Source: an uncultured Chloroflexia bacterium (GTDB taxonomy: Bacteria > Chloroflexota > Anaerolineae > JAAYZQ01). From it: a stretch of 64,000 bases of DNA. The stretch lies in the NCBI GenBank assembly GCA_963700285.1, contig CAVOXA010000001.1:1-64000 (forward strand), read 5' to 3'. Below the pieces are notes generated by a model that saw only the letters and a list, made by a program, of their open reading frames with translations, did not search any database and had not been told where the DNA came from. A program made the translations under genes and the position numbers. Shown here piece after piece: positions 40,112-50,325 of the stretch. Numbering within the stretch: position 1 is the first letter of the stretch; every line of letters starts with the position of its first letter.

Positions 40112-41077
40112 CTAAACTGCGAGACCCCGGTCATCCCAGTCAGCGAAAAGATCGGTTCGGATGTCCCGCGGAATGAGGACTGACAGGGCGCGCGGGACTA
40201 CCTCACATTCAAAGGGGGTCGAGCCGAATGGTTCGCCGTCCACGTGAATGGCCATGGGCTTGTCAGTCTCAACCCGGATCCTGCGACCCAGGTGCAGGCT
40301 ATGGCGGGGATCGCGGACGTGCAATCCCGTAATCACACCCAACGCGGTCCGCATCACAGAAACAAAACCTGTGCCGGCGAAAATATTCACATCCAGAAGG
40401 CCATCATCGAGCCTCGCATCTGTGGCGATGCGCACCAGCCCGCCATAGAGCTGGGAGTTACTGATGACTATCAATATGGACCGCCGGTTGATGCGTTCGT
40501 CGTCAATGGTGATGCGACTCCGTACGCCAGCCATGTTGGCCGCGATGGTCACACCGGCGACGATGTAGCCCAGGGTACCCAATCTCCGCTGGCGGCGTGT
40601 GCGGGGTTCCATGGCATAAGTCACCTCGGCGTCCAGCCCAAGCCCGGCCCATTGTAAGAAATAGTGCCCGCTATCGCCAACGATGATCTTACCCAGATCG
40701 ATGCGCCGGATGGTGCCTGGCAGCAAGGCCTTGACCGAGTCTACGAGGGGCAGCATGTGGCGCGGAGAACGGGTGGGCAAACCCAGTTCCTTGGCCCAAA
40801 CATTGCCCGTACCTCCTGGCAAGACGCCCAGGGCTACTGGTCCTTCGGCCAGTCCATTGATAACCTCGTTAATGGTGCCATCGCCGCCAACCACGAATAC
40901 AGCATCAAGGCCCTCGTCTCGAGCTTGCCAAGCCAGTTCGGTTGCTTCTCCGGCCCGACTGGTCAGATGCAGGCTGGCCTGCCAGTCATGGGCTTCCAGG
41001 TGGCTCAGGACAGCCGGTAACTCGCGCTGTATGTTCCACGGTCCGGATGTAGGGTTCACGATCAGCTTGGATCGCAT
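40112..41077 (-). CDS. Diacylglycerol/lipid kinase family (YegS/BmrU)
   Basis: IVNPTSG, GGDGTINEV, LPGGTGN, VDGE. Confidence 0.9.
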   Translation of the reverse strand: MRSKLIVNPTSGPWNIQRELPAVLSHLEAHDWQASLHLTSRAGEATELAWQARDEGLDAVFVVGGDGTINEVINGLAEGPVALGVLPGGTGNVWAKELGLPTRSPRHMLPLVDSVKALLPGTIRRIDLGKIIVGDSGHYFLQWAGLGLDAEVTYAMEPRTRRQRRLGTLGYIVAGVTIAANMAGVRSRITIDDERINRRSILIVISNSQLYGGLVRIATDARLDDGLLDVNIFAGTGFVSVMRTALGVITGLHVRDPRHSLHLGRRIRVETDKPMAIHVDGEPFGSTPFECEVVPRALSVLIPRDIRTDLFADWDDRGLAV

Positions 41078-41353
41078 ACTAGGCTCCATCCGTTTCGCCG
41101 TGGGAGAAACCACTGAGACGCCCTCGTTCCCCATGACATGTCGCCATTATACCAAAGCTTTGCACCCTGTACCAATCAACAGCAGTCTGCTGCCGCCTTG
41201 TCCAAAGATGCGACTTGGTGTACAATAGATTGTTGGGATAGGCCAAAGCTGCTTGGATGCGCAGGCAGGCGGGTTCCGGGTTTCGGAGTCTAGCTTACGG
41301 CTTTCAAGGCAAGCTGTGCTACACTGCGAGGGTGGTTATTTGGGAGGCTTGAA

Positions 41354-43159
41354 GTGAATGTAAACTGGAGAGGGGCACTTGTCTATGTACTTATTCTGGT
41401 CGCTGCCGGTGCCCTGATACTTGGGGTTTTCCCTACGAATGAGCGACTGGAGGAAATCCCACTTTCCCAATTGGTGGCTGACATCAACGATGGGAAAGTA
41501 GAGGCGGTCACGGTCAAGAATGAGGGCTTGGAGGTGACCTACAAGGATGAGAGCGCCGTTACATCTCGCAAAGAAGATGACATAGAACTCACCGATACTC
41601 TTGTGAGGATGGGTGTGGACCCCGCTGCGCTCGATCAGGTGGATATTCAGGTCGAGACGCCCAATCCCCTGGGGGAATGGGTGGCCATCCTGGGCAGTTT
41701 TCTCCCCTTTATTTTCCTGGCCGTGATTTTCTTCTTTCTAATGCGCCAGGCGCAGGGCAGCAACAACCAAGCTATGTCCTTTGGCAAGAGCCGGGCGCGG
41801 ATGTTCACCGGTCAGAAGCCGACAGTCACTTTTGATGATGTAGCGGGTGTTGACGAAGCCAAGCAAGAGTTGGTCGAGGTTGTAGAATTCCTCAAAGAAC
41901 CACAAAAGTTTATTGCCCTCGGGGCCCGTATCCCCAAGGGCGTCGTGCTGGTGGGTCCACCCGGCACGGGAAAAACTCTCCTGGCCAAGGCAGTGTCTGG
42001 CGAGGCAGGTGTCCCGTTCTTTTCAATCTCTGGTTCCGAATTTGTCGAGATGTTTGTGGGAGTGGGAGCCGCTCGGGTTCGCGATCTTTTCGACCAGGCC
42101 AAGCGCAACTCGCCGTGCATCATTTTTGTGGATGAGATTGATGCGGTGGGCCGCCATCGAGGTGCGGGGCTGGGGGGGTCGCACGACGAACGAGAGCAAA
42201 CCCTCAACCAGATCCTGGTCGAAATGGATGGCTTTGGAACGGATACCAACATCATTGTGGTTGCCGCCACCAACCGGCCCGACATCTTGGATCCGGCGCT
42301 GCTGCGCCCTGGGCGTTTTGACCGTCGCGTGGTCCTCGATCGACCCGACATTGAGGGCCGCAAGGGCATCCTCGAGGTTCATGTGCGGGGCAAGCCTCTG
42401 GCCAGGGAAGTGGATCTGGCAGTTCTAGCCCGCCAGACGCCTGGTTTCGTGGGAGCTGACATTGAGAATATGGTCAACGAGGCTGCCATCTTGGCTGCCC
42501 GCGGAAACAAGAAATCCATCGGCATGGAGGAACTGGAAGAGGCCGTGGTGCGAGTTGTTGCTGGACCGGAGCGCAGGAGCCGGATCATATCCGACGACGA
42601 GAAAAAGATCTTGGCCTATCACGAAGCTGGACACGCTCTGGTCCAGAACAAGCTGCCCAACTGCGATCCTGTCCACAAGGTTTCCATTGTAGCTCGAGGG
42701 ATGAACCTGGGTTACACGATGGCTTTGCCTGAAAAGGACCGCTATCTCTATACACAAGACAAGTTTGAAGATGAGATTGCTGGCATGCTGGCCGGACGCG
42801 TGGCGGAAGAGCTTGTCTACAGCGACAAATGGACAGGGGCTCAGGATGACCTAGAAAAGGCGACGAAAATGGCGCGCAGGATGGTCACGGCCTACGGTAT
42901 GAGCGAAAAGCTGGGCCCCTTGACCTTCGGTGACCGCGACGAGTTGGTCTTTTTGGGACGAGAGATCTCTGAGCAACGCAACTATAGCGAAGAGATAGCC
43001 GAGGAGATCGATTCAGAGATCCGACGGATCCTCGAAGACGCGTATAACAGAGCGCGAGATGTACTGACGGCCTATCGCCAAAAGCTGGATGACATCGCTC
43101 AGCGGCTGATAGAGATCGAGACCATAGACCGCGAAGAGTTCGAGATGCTGGTGGCCTAG
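41354..43159 (+). CDS. ftsH: ATP-dependent zinc metalloprotease FtsH
   Basis: [29 protein letters not shown]. Confidence 0.97.
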   Translation: MNVNWRGALVYVLILVAAGALILGVFPTNERLEEIPLSQLVADINDGKVEAVTVKNEGLEVTYKDESAVTSRKEDDIELTDTLVRMGVDPAALDQVDIQVETPNPLGEWVAILGSFLPFIFLAVIFFFLMRQAQGSNNQAMSFGKSRARMFTGQKPTVTFDDVAGVDEAKQELVEVVEFLKEPQKFIALGARIPKGVVLVGPPGTGKTLLAKAVSGEAGVPFFSISGSEFVEMFVGVGAARVRDLFDQAKRNSPCIIFVDEIDAVGRHRGAGLGGSHDEREQTLNQILVEMDGFGTDTNIIVVAATNRPDILDPALLRPGRFDRRVVLDRPDIEGRKGILEVHVRGKPLAREVDLAVLARQTPGFVGADIENMVNEAAILAARGNKKSIGMEELEEAVVRVVAGPERRSRIISDDEKKILAYHEAGHALVQNKLPNCDPVHKVSIVARGMNLGYTMALPEKDRYLYTQDKFEDEIAGMLAGRVAEELVYSDKWTGAQDDLEKATKMARRMVTAYGMSEKLGPLTFGDRDELVFLGREISEQRNYSEEIAEEIDSEIRRILEDAYNRARDVLTAYRQKLDDIAQRLIEIETIDREEFEMLVA

Positions 43160-43245
43160 CTCCAGCGCCAGCCTGGCCCGCAAACGGCCATTAGCCGGAC
43201 AGCCGTCAAGGCGACCTCCCGACCATCTTGTTTCATCATCTGTGC

Positions 43246-43276
43246 AAGCCCCTTCCGTCTAAGGGAAGGGGCTTTT
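43246..43276 (+). terminator. Rho-independent terminator after ftsH
   Basis: AAGCCCCTTCC..GGAAGGGGCTTTT. Confidence 0.7.
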
Positions 43277-43338
43277 AGATCCCCTGATCTTGTTCGAGAG
43301 TAGACACTGGATAACGCTGGGGATAAATATAATAAGAA

Positions 43339-43367
43339 TTGACAATTTTTGGCTCTTGTGCTACAAT
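43339..43367 (+). promoter_or_regulatory. sigma70-type promoter
   Basis: TTGACA-17 nt-TACAAT. Confidence 0.7.
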
Positions 43368-43437
43368 TGCCTACAAGAAGATGAAGGGTCGATTGTCTCG
43401 CCAAAGTTACTCCGGCAATCCGTTGCAGCAGAAAGGA

Positions 43438-44070
43438 ATGGATACTATGCAAAGTACTCGCCAGGAGATCCTGGAAATTCTGAAGGAGGAGAGGGAAGCG
43501 ACTGTTGAGGACTTGGCCTCGCGCCTGGAACTTACGCCGATGACCATTCGCCACCATCTGAATGTTCTACAAGCCCAGAATCTCGTCATGGCCACCACAG
43601 TGCGGCGTTCACAAAAAGTAGGCCGGCCCCGTCTGGTCTATACCCTGACCGATGCTGCGGATGAACTCTTTCCGCAGGGCTATGGTGAACTGGCTCGACA
43701 TCTGGTCACTGAAATCAAAGAGACGATGGGGCCAGAGGAGACAGAGGCGATCTTTCGTCGTATTGGCGAGCGCATCGCAGCCGAGGCTCCGGCTCCCTAC
43801 GAAGGCCAAGATTTTGAGGATCGGCTGGATCAAGCTGCCAGCTTTCTGGAGGAGCTTGGATTTCTCTTCCGTTGGGAAAAGACCGATGAGGGCTACCTCC
43901 TCACCAACATCAACTGTCCCTATCGCCACGTAATTCGGGAGCATCCCGAGGTCTGCGTCATGGACACTGTGCTACTTGGCCGGCTGCTGCAAGTTGAGCC
44001 TCAGCGCCTGGACAGCCTTCGGACAGGGGCGCCTTCGTGTACTTGCCTCCTAGTACCGGAAGAGTTCTAG
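43438..44070 (+). CDS. ArsR/SufR-like HTH regulator with C-terminal Cys motif
   Basis: TRQEILE..TVEDLA..IRHHL..GRPR..Y.LT; NCPY..VC..CTC. Confidence 0.82.
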   Translation: MDTMQSTRQEILEILKEEREATVEDLASRLELTPMTIRHHLNVLQAQNLVMATTVRRSQKVGRPRLVYTLTDAADELFPQGYGELARHLVTEIKETMGPEETEAIFRRIGERIAAEAPAPYEGQDFEDRLDQAASFLEELGFLFRWEKTDEGYLLTNINCPYRHVIREHPEVCVMDTVLLGRLLQVEPQRLDSLRTGAPSCTCLLVPEEF

Positions 44071-44147
44071 AGAGGAGCCGAACGGTTCTTTGCGCCAAGG
44101 GATGCAGCAAGCCGGGGTTGTCTGACGAGATTGTGATGAGGAACAGA

Positions 44148-44177
44148 GGCCCGGCCTCTATCGAGGCCGGGCCCTTT
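44148..44177. terminator. Terminator hairpin between convergent genes
   Basis: GGCCCGGCCTC-TATC-GAGGCCGGGCC-CTTT. Confidence 0.6.
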
Positions 44178-44216
44178 GCTGCTGGAACCCAACGACGCGT
44201 GGATACGGTTCTCTCG

Positions 44217-44990
44217 CTACGGTCCCACAAACTCGACTTCGGTGACTTGGTTGGCCCCGTCCCCCTCACAATGCTCTGTGACTCTAAGGTTGCCGACGAG
44301 ATTAGAGATAACCTGGCAATTGCTGGCCGTTGCCCGTCCATCCTGCTGGCTGCAGGTCTCCAGCCTCACGACAGCCGCCCTGAACGTACCAGCGGGCAAG
44401 CCGGTCAAGGGAACTTCGTACTTGCCGTTGGGTTCTGACACGGAAACACGGCCCTCCCAGGCATCCGACCACACACCAACGGCGACTCCTTCAAATGGCG
44501 CCCCGTTGGCATGTTTGACGAGACCGGTCACGCCTGCATAGCCGCCACAGTGGGTATACCCCCTGACAATCTGGCCATTGAAGGGTGGGGCCGGCGTGTT
44601 GGTTGGCCTTGGCCGCGGCGTATCCGTTGGCTGTGATGTGGGGCGGGCAGTGGGCTCCTGGCTGGGAGCCGGTGTGCTGCTGGCCGTGGCCGTATTGGTC
44701 GGCAGCGGTGTCGCGGTATCGGTCGGTGTGGGTGGTATAGTCGGCGTGGCGGTTGGCAGTGCTGTATTGGTAGGCGTAGGTGTAGCAGTGGGCGTGTTCG
44801 TTGGAATCGGGGTTGGAGAAGGCGTCAGTGTATCGGTGGGTGTGGCCGTAGCGGTGAAAGTGGCTTTGGGAGTCCGTGTTGGGGTCGGGGAGATGCGGGC
44901 CACTCGCAGCGGCGAATAGTCGGATAGCAGCAGAGCAACGATTGCCCAGCCTGCGACGATAATGCCCAAGATGACTACACGTGCCCTCAT
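44217..44990 (-). CDS. Membrane-anchored Pro/Thr-rich protein with Cys-containing C-terminal domain
   Basis: N-terminal TM, long PT repeats, C-terminal domain [13 protein letters not shown]. Confidence 0.75.
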   Translation of the reverse strand: MRARVVILGIIVAGWAIVALLLSDYSPLRVARISPTPTRTPKATFTATATPTDTLTPSPTPIPTNTPTATPTPTNTALPTATPTIPPTPTDTATPLPTNTATASSTPAPSQEPTARPTSQPTDTPRPRPTNTPAPPFNGQIVRGYTHCGGYAGVTGLVKHANGAPFEGVAVGVWSDAWEGRVSVSEPNGKYEVPLTGLPAGTFRAAVVRLETCSQQDGRATASNCQVISNLVGNLRVTEHCEGDGANQVTEVEFVGP

Positions 44991-45033
44991 ATCACCCCCG
45001 TGTATCTCTTAGCGTTTGGTTCTGTGCTGCTGA

Positions 45034-46224
45034 TTATTTGTCCAGGAGTACTGCCACACCGGGCAGCGGTTTGCCTTCCAGGAATTCCAGGCTGGCCCCG
45101 CCGCCGGTGGAGATGTGGCTCATCTCGCTGGCAAGACCTGTCCGCTGTACCGCGGCGGCCGAGTCACCCCCACCGATGATGGTCGTCGCCTCGGGCAGGG
45201 CGGCCAGCATTCGGGCCACAGCCTCAGTCCCCGTGGCAAACTTGGGAAACTCAAAGACACCCATGGGGCCATTCCATACAACGGTTCGCGCACCCATCAA
45301 GCGCTCATGGAACATCTCCAGTGTACGGGGGCCGATGTCCAGGATGCGCCAGCCCGGGGGGACGTCATTCACCGTCACCACTTGTGAGAAAGCGCTGGCG
45401 TCAAAACGATCTGCCACCGTCACGTCAACCGGCAGGACCAGCTTGTTGCCAGCTCGTTCGATGAGGTCCTGGGCAGTCTCCAAGCTACTGTCCTCCACCA
45501 GTGACTCGGCCACCTCGTATCCGTCGGCTTTGAGGAAGGTATTCGCCATGCCGCCCCCGATGAGCAGGGCGTCAACCTGCCCCAGCAGGTTCTCGATGAC
45601 GCCAATCTTGTCCGAGATCTTGGCTCCGCCCAGGATGGCGACAAAGGGCCGTTGGGGGGAGGCCAAGGCGCCGCCCAGGAAGACCAGCTCCTTCTCCATC
45701 AGCAGCCCGGCGACGGCGGGCAGGTACTGGGCGACTCCCTCGGTCGAGGCATGGGCACGGTGCGCCGAGCCAAATGCATCGTTGACATACAGGTCTGCCA
45801 GCGCCGCTAGTTGCCGGGCAAAGGCAGGATCATTCATTGTCTCTTCCGGGTGGAACCGCGTATTCTCCAGCAGGAGAACATCGCCAGGCTCCGCCGCCGC
45901 GACGGCCGCTTCTACTTCTGGACCCACACAGTCGTCCAGTTTGAGCACGGGGCGGCCCAGAAGCTCCGACAGGCGTCGGGCCACAGGATCCATTTTCAGG
46001 TCGTCTACCACCTGGCCCTTGGGCCGGCCCAGGTGTGAGGTGAGGATCAGCGTCGCCTTCTTGTCCAGGAGATACTGGATGGTGGGCAATGCCGCCTGGA
46101 TGCGAGTGTCATCGGCTACCGTTGGGCCGGTGCTTGTCTCTCCGATCAGGGGCACGTTGAAATCGACGCGTACCAGGACTCGCTTGCCCTGACGATCGAC
46201 GTCACGAATTGTCTTCTTGTTCAC
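45034..46224 (-). CDS. pgk: Phosphoglycerate kinase
   Basis: [45 protein letters not shown]. Confidence 0.97.
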   Translation of the reverse strand: MNKKTIRDVDRQGKRVLVRVDFNVPLIGETSTGPTVADDTRIQAALPTIQYLLDKKATLILTSHLGRPKGQVVDDLKMDPVARRLSELLGRPVLKLDDCVGPEVEAAVAAAEPGDVLLLENTRFHPEETMNDPAFARQLAALADLYVNDAFGSAHRAHASTEGVAQYLPAVAGLLMEKELVFLGGALASPQRPFVAILGGAKISDKIGVIENLLGQVDALLIGGGMANTFLKADGYEVAESLVEDSSLETAQDLIERAGNKLVLPVDVTVADRFDASAFSQVVTVNDVPPGWRILDIGPRTLEMFHERLMGARTVVWNGPMGVFEFPKFATGTEAVARMLAALPEATTIIGGGDSAAAVQRTGLASEMSHISTGGGASLEFLEGKPLPGVAVLLDK

Positions 46225-46252
46225 GGATCGTCCTCCGTATGGGGATACAGGG

Positions 46253-46288
46253 CCTGAGGGGCCTGATATGAATCTCAGACCCCTCAGG
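46253..46288. other. Intergenic stem-loop between gap and pgk
   Basis: CCTGAGGGGCCTGA..TCAGACCCCTCAGG. Confidence 0.5.
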
Positions 46289-46334
46289 TTCTACGTTAAG
46301 GGTGGATCAACCCCAGTTTGGCGGTCGCCCAAGC

Positions 46335-47366
<1,032 letters not shown>

Positions 47367-47404
47367 TTATTTTGGTTGTACCGGGGCTGGAACCCCGGTG
47401 TTCT

Positions 47405-47779
47405 CTACAATGCATGAAAAATATCGCTGCTGCTAACGATGCCAACCATCGTCTCACCGTCGAACACCAATGCGCGCCGGATATCGGCTCGGGCAAACAA
47501 GGCTGAACACTCTTGCAAGCTGATGTTCGGCGCTACTGTGATAACGGGCTTGCTCATGATCTCATGGACATGGACCTGGCCTGGTTCCAGTCCGACGGCC
47601 ACGACTTTTTCGATCACGTCCGTCTCGGTCATGAAACCCCAGGTGTGCATGCCTTCCCCAGGTCTGACCAGGAGGCTGGAGACTTTTTTCTCCTTCATCT
47701 TTTCAATCGCTTCGGCTACCCGGGCATTGGCATCAATATCGACAACCTGCCTGGTCATCACGTCTGCTGCTGATTGCAT
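47405..47779 (-). CDS. CBS domain protein
   Basis: DVMT..V..I..A..M....SSLLV, GFMTETD, IMSKPVITV, GIVSSSD. Confidence 0.88.
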   Translation of the reverse strand: MQSAADVMTRQVVDIDANARVAEAIEKMKEKKVSSLLVRPGEGMHTWGFMTETDVIEKVVAVGLEPGQVHVHEIMSKPVITVAPNISLQECSALFARADIRRALVFDGETMVGIVSSSDIFHAL

Positions 47780-47792
47780 CGTCCTCGCCTCC

Positions 47793-48818
47793 TCATCCGC
47801 TAGTGCTAGTTCTCCAATTGGCATAAAAGTCCATCATTCGGTCGGCAAGTTTCTTTGCGTCATGCCGCCAAGGGGCGGATCGATCAATCAGATCGGCCTC
47901 AATCACCCGGTATGCGCCATTGGCTGGATAGTGCAGTTCCACCAGTTGCAGGTGCGGATACTCTGGGCTTGGTATCAGGTTGTTATTTACCATGACGTAG
48001 GGAAACAACCCATACCCGGTGTGGTCATGCAGGGCGCTTACATGTTGCCCAACGTCGAGCCCATCGGTCTCACCCGGTTGGGTGGCGACGTTGCACACAT
48101 AGACCTTTAACGCCTGCGACGCTGCGACTGCTCTCCGAATGTCCTCGATGAGCAGATTGGGCAGGATGCTCGTAAACAAACTCCCCGGCCCGGCGATGAT
48201 GAGGTCGGCGTCGAGGATAGCCTTCACTGCCCCGGGATAGGCCCTCACTCGTTCAGGTCGCAAAAAGACGCGCTCGATCGGCTGTCCGGCCTTGGGAATT
48301 GCCGACTCCCCCCGGACTCGAGTAAGCCCTGATCGTGGAGCATCAACTTCCCCGCCAGGGGATGCGCCAGCAGAGCATCGAAGATCAGCTACCAGCGTCA
48401 CGTCTTCCAACGTGGCGGGCAGGATACACCCTTGTACGGCCAGAACGCGCCCCGTCTCCAAAATCGCTTGCTCAAAACTACCGGTTACTGCAGACAGAGC
48501 AGTAATGAATAGGTTGCCAAAGCTGTGGCCGTGTAGGCCGTGGCCCTGTCCAAAGCGATATTGGAAGAGTTGGGTGATCAATGCCTCATCGTCAGCCAGA
48601 GCAGCGATACAGTTTCGGAAATCGCCCGGGGGTAGTACCCCCAATTCACGGCGCAAACGGCCTGACGATCCTCCGTCATCGGCCACGGTGACGATGGCGG
48701 TGATGTGAGGGCTGTGCGCTTTCAGGCCTCGCAGGGACGTCGAAAGACCTGTTCCTCCACCAATGGCCACCACCTTTGGGGCCTGACCTGTTGGCTTATT
48801 CTTCCCAAGTGTGACCAT
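47793..48818 (-). CDS. yvcK: YvcK/GlmR family (UPF0052, CofD-like) protein
   Basis: IGGGTGLS, TVADDGGSSGRLR, PPGDFRNC, GHSFGNL, GPGSLFTS. Confidence 0.92.
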   Translation of the reverse strand: MVTLGKNKPTGQAPKVVAIGGGTGLSTSLRGLKAHSPHITAIVTVADDGGSSGRLRRELGVLPPGDFRNCIAALADDEALITQLFQYRFGQGHGLHGHSFGNLFITALSAVTGSFEQAILETGRVLAVQGCILPATLEDVTLVADLRCSAGASPGGEVDAPRSGLTRVRGESAIPKAGQPIERVFLRPERVRAYPGAVKAILDADLIIAGPGSLFTSILPNLLIEDIRRAVAASQALKVYVCNVATQPGETDGLDVGQHVSALHDHTGYGLFPYVMVNNNLIPSPEYPHLQLVELHYPANGAYRVIEADLIDRSAPWRHDAKKLADRMMDFYANWRTSTSG

Positions 48819-48846
48819 TCTTCATCCGACCGCGTTATATCCAAAT

Positions 48847-48875
48847 ATTATATCCCAGTTTTCGGGCCACGTCAA
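48847..48875 (-). promoter_or_regulatory. sigma70 promoter of yvcK-CBS-gap-pgk
   Basis: Minus strand TTGACG (48875-48870)-17 nt-TATAAT (48852-48847). Confidence 0.8.
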
Positions 48876-50196
48876 TGTTACTACATCTTGGGGTACGGCT
48901 GTTGCAAAGTCATCCCGGAGACCGTAGAACCAAGGCTACCGCATCTGGCAGATTGGCCGCGTAGTAGCGACGCGCATCCGGCAGGGTCTCAAAACTGACA
49001 TCCCGTAGCAAGCCCAACACCAGGTTATTGATAGCGGCCATCGCTTGTGCTCCTTGGCCCTTCAATCTGCAGCGATCCTCTTTTAGGGTATCATCGCGAC
49101 GGAAATGAAGCCCGTTTTCAATGCCCCAATGACCACGATTAAGCGCTAACAGTCGGTCCGCATTCGCCTCATCTCTTGTCAGGCTGCTTACGCCATACGA
49201 GACTTCCTGGAAGACCTTGTCATCCGAGGTGCGTACAAAATGGCGTTCTAGACGGAAGACCTGCTCACAATCAGGCCATTTTACATACTCCTTCAGCATG
49301 CTACTGCTGGTCAGGGTTCGTCGTTCCCGGCGGCCATGTCCTTTTCCATGCGTGATTGCCGTCTGGAAATCTTTGTGACACGGACTGAATCCACCGGTGC
49401 ACATTTCGGGCTCAAACAAGGTTTCGATGTCTCGTTTCAACTGCCCCTGATTGTCCTTCACCCTCCAGACATAGTCCCCACCATCTTCCACTATCGCCAT
49501 CGATAGCTCCCGCTGCGTCAACAATGCGTCGCCGGTCACTACTTTTCCTCGCAAATCAAGCTGTTTGATGGCTCGCATGGCGGCTGGAATCTCGTTTTCG
49601 TGGCTACCCACCTCGACCTGAAACGCGACCCAGCCCTCTTCCGGCAAATATGCGCTTAGTAGATGAACACCTCTAGTTTTACCCTCCGGGATCGTGGCCC
49701 GCATCGTCTTGCCATCCAGATTGATCAGAATGCTTTGCCCTGTCCCCGGCTGCTCCTGAAAGAAATCACGGACTACTTGTTCAAAGGCATCGATGTCTAT
49801 TGCCTTGTTCAGAACACGGCTGTACGTCGTGGCGTGTGGTGCTTGCGCCTTGGACAGCCCCAGGGCCTCGGCCAAAACCTCTTTGCGGAGTGCTACCCAC
49901 TGTGCAATCCCGCGTAGATGGTCTTCTCCACTCAGCTTGGCCAGGACGATGAATACCAATACGGTCACCAAGGTGAAGCGCAGCCCGCGCGCATCACGTC
50001 GATCCTGGAGCTCGGCCAAGGCGGCGAACAAACTGTCCAAATCAATGACGACTCCTTCGGGCCTCAGATTGACATCGAACGAAAGCGGAATATACTTCAT
50101 CTTGCCCCTCCTTGGTTCCTGGGTTGCTCATCACTCCCCAATACCAAGGTAGGGGCTTTTTTTTTCAGGCCACGTCAATGTTACGACATCTTGGAG
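48859..50196 (-). mobile_element. ISAs1-family insertion sequence flanked by ~35-bp imperfect direct repeats
   Basis: Transposase gene; CTTTGCAACAGCC end right after the stop; direct repeats 48859-48893 and 50162-50196. Confidence 0.85.
48910..50100 (-). CDS. ISAs1 family DDE transposase
   Basis: D.RDARG.RF.L, NLDGKTMR, HENEIPA, VVTGDALLTQR, VKDNQ, RGHWGIENGLHFRRD..LKED. Confidence 0.93.
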   Translation of the reverse strand: MKYIPLSFDVNLRPEGVVIDLDSLFAALAELQDRRDARGLRFTLVTVLVFIVLAKLSGEDHLRGIAQWVALRKEVLAEALGLSKAQAPHATTYSRVLNKAIDIDAFEQVVRDFFQEQPGTGQSILINLDGKTMRATIPEGKTRGVHLLSAYLPEEGWVAFQVEVGSHENEIPAAMRAIKQLDLRGKVVTGDALLTQRELSMAIVEDGGDYVWRVKDNQGQLKRDIETLFEPEMCTGGFSPCHKDFQTAITHGKGHGRRERRTLTSSSMLKEYVKWPDCEQVFRLERHFVRTSDDKVFQEVSYGVSSLTRDEANADRLLALNRGHWGIENGLHFRRDDTLKEDRCRLKGQGAQAMAAINNLVLGLLRDVSFETLPDARRYYAANLPDAVALVLRSPG

Positions 50197-50325
50197 GATC
50201 TGTCTCTGTCACAAACATAGCTGACCCATGCCAGGAACTGGAAAATGCTCCCCCGCTCCGTACCGTTGTTGGCCCCTTTGCGCGAACAGTGATACAATGG
50301 GACCGTGAACCTGGAGGAGCTGGCC

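Noticed and set aside
46120-46145. ETSTGPT loop in PGK as a repeat-derived insertion
   Set aside because: Peptide resemblance only; the DNA does not match the repeat and this loop is naturally variable
44981-46192. 403-aa antisense ORF over pgk and other long shadow ORFs (e.g. 10071-11003, 16651-17673)
   Set aside because: Expected antisense open frames in GC-rich coding DNA; no motifs or RBS
50146-50178. Hybrid transposase promoter TTGACG..TACCTT
   Set aside because: Spacer is 21 nt, outside the sigma70 range, so it is not called as a promoter
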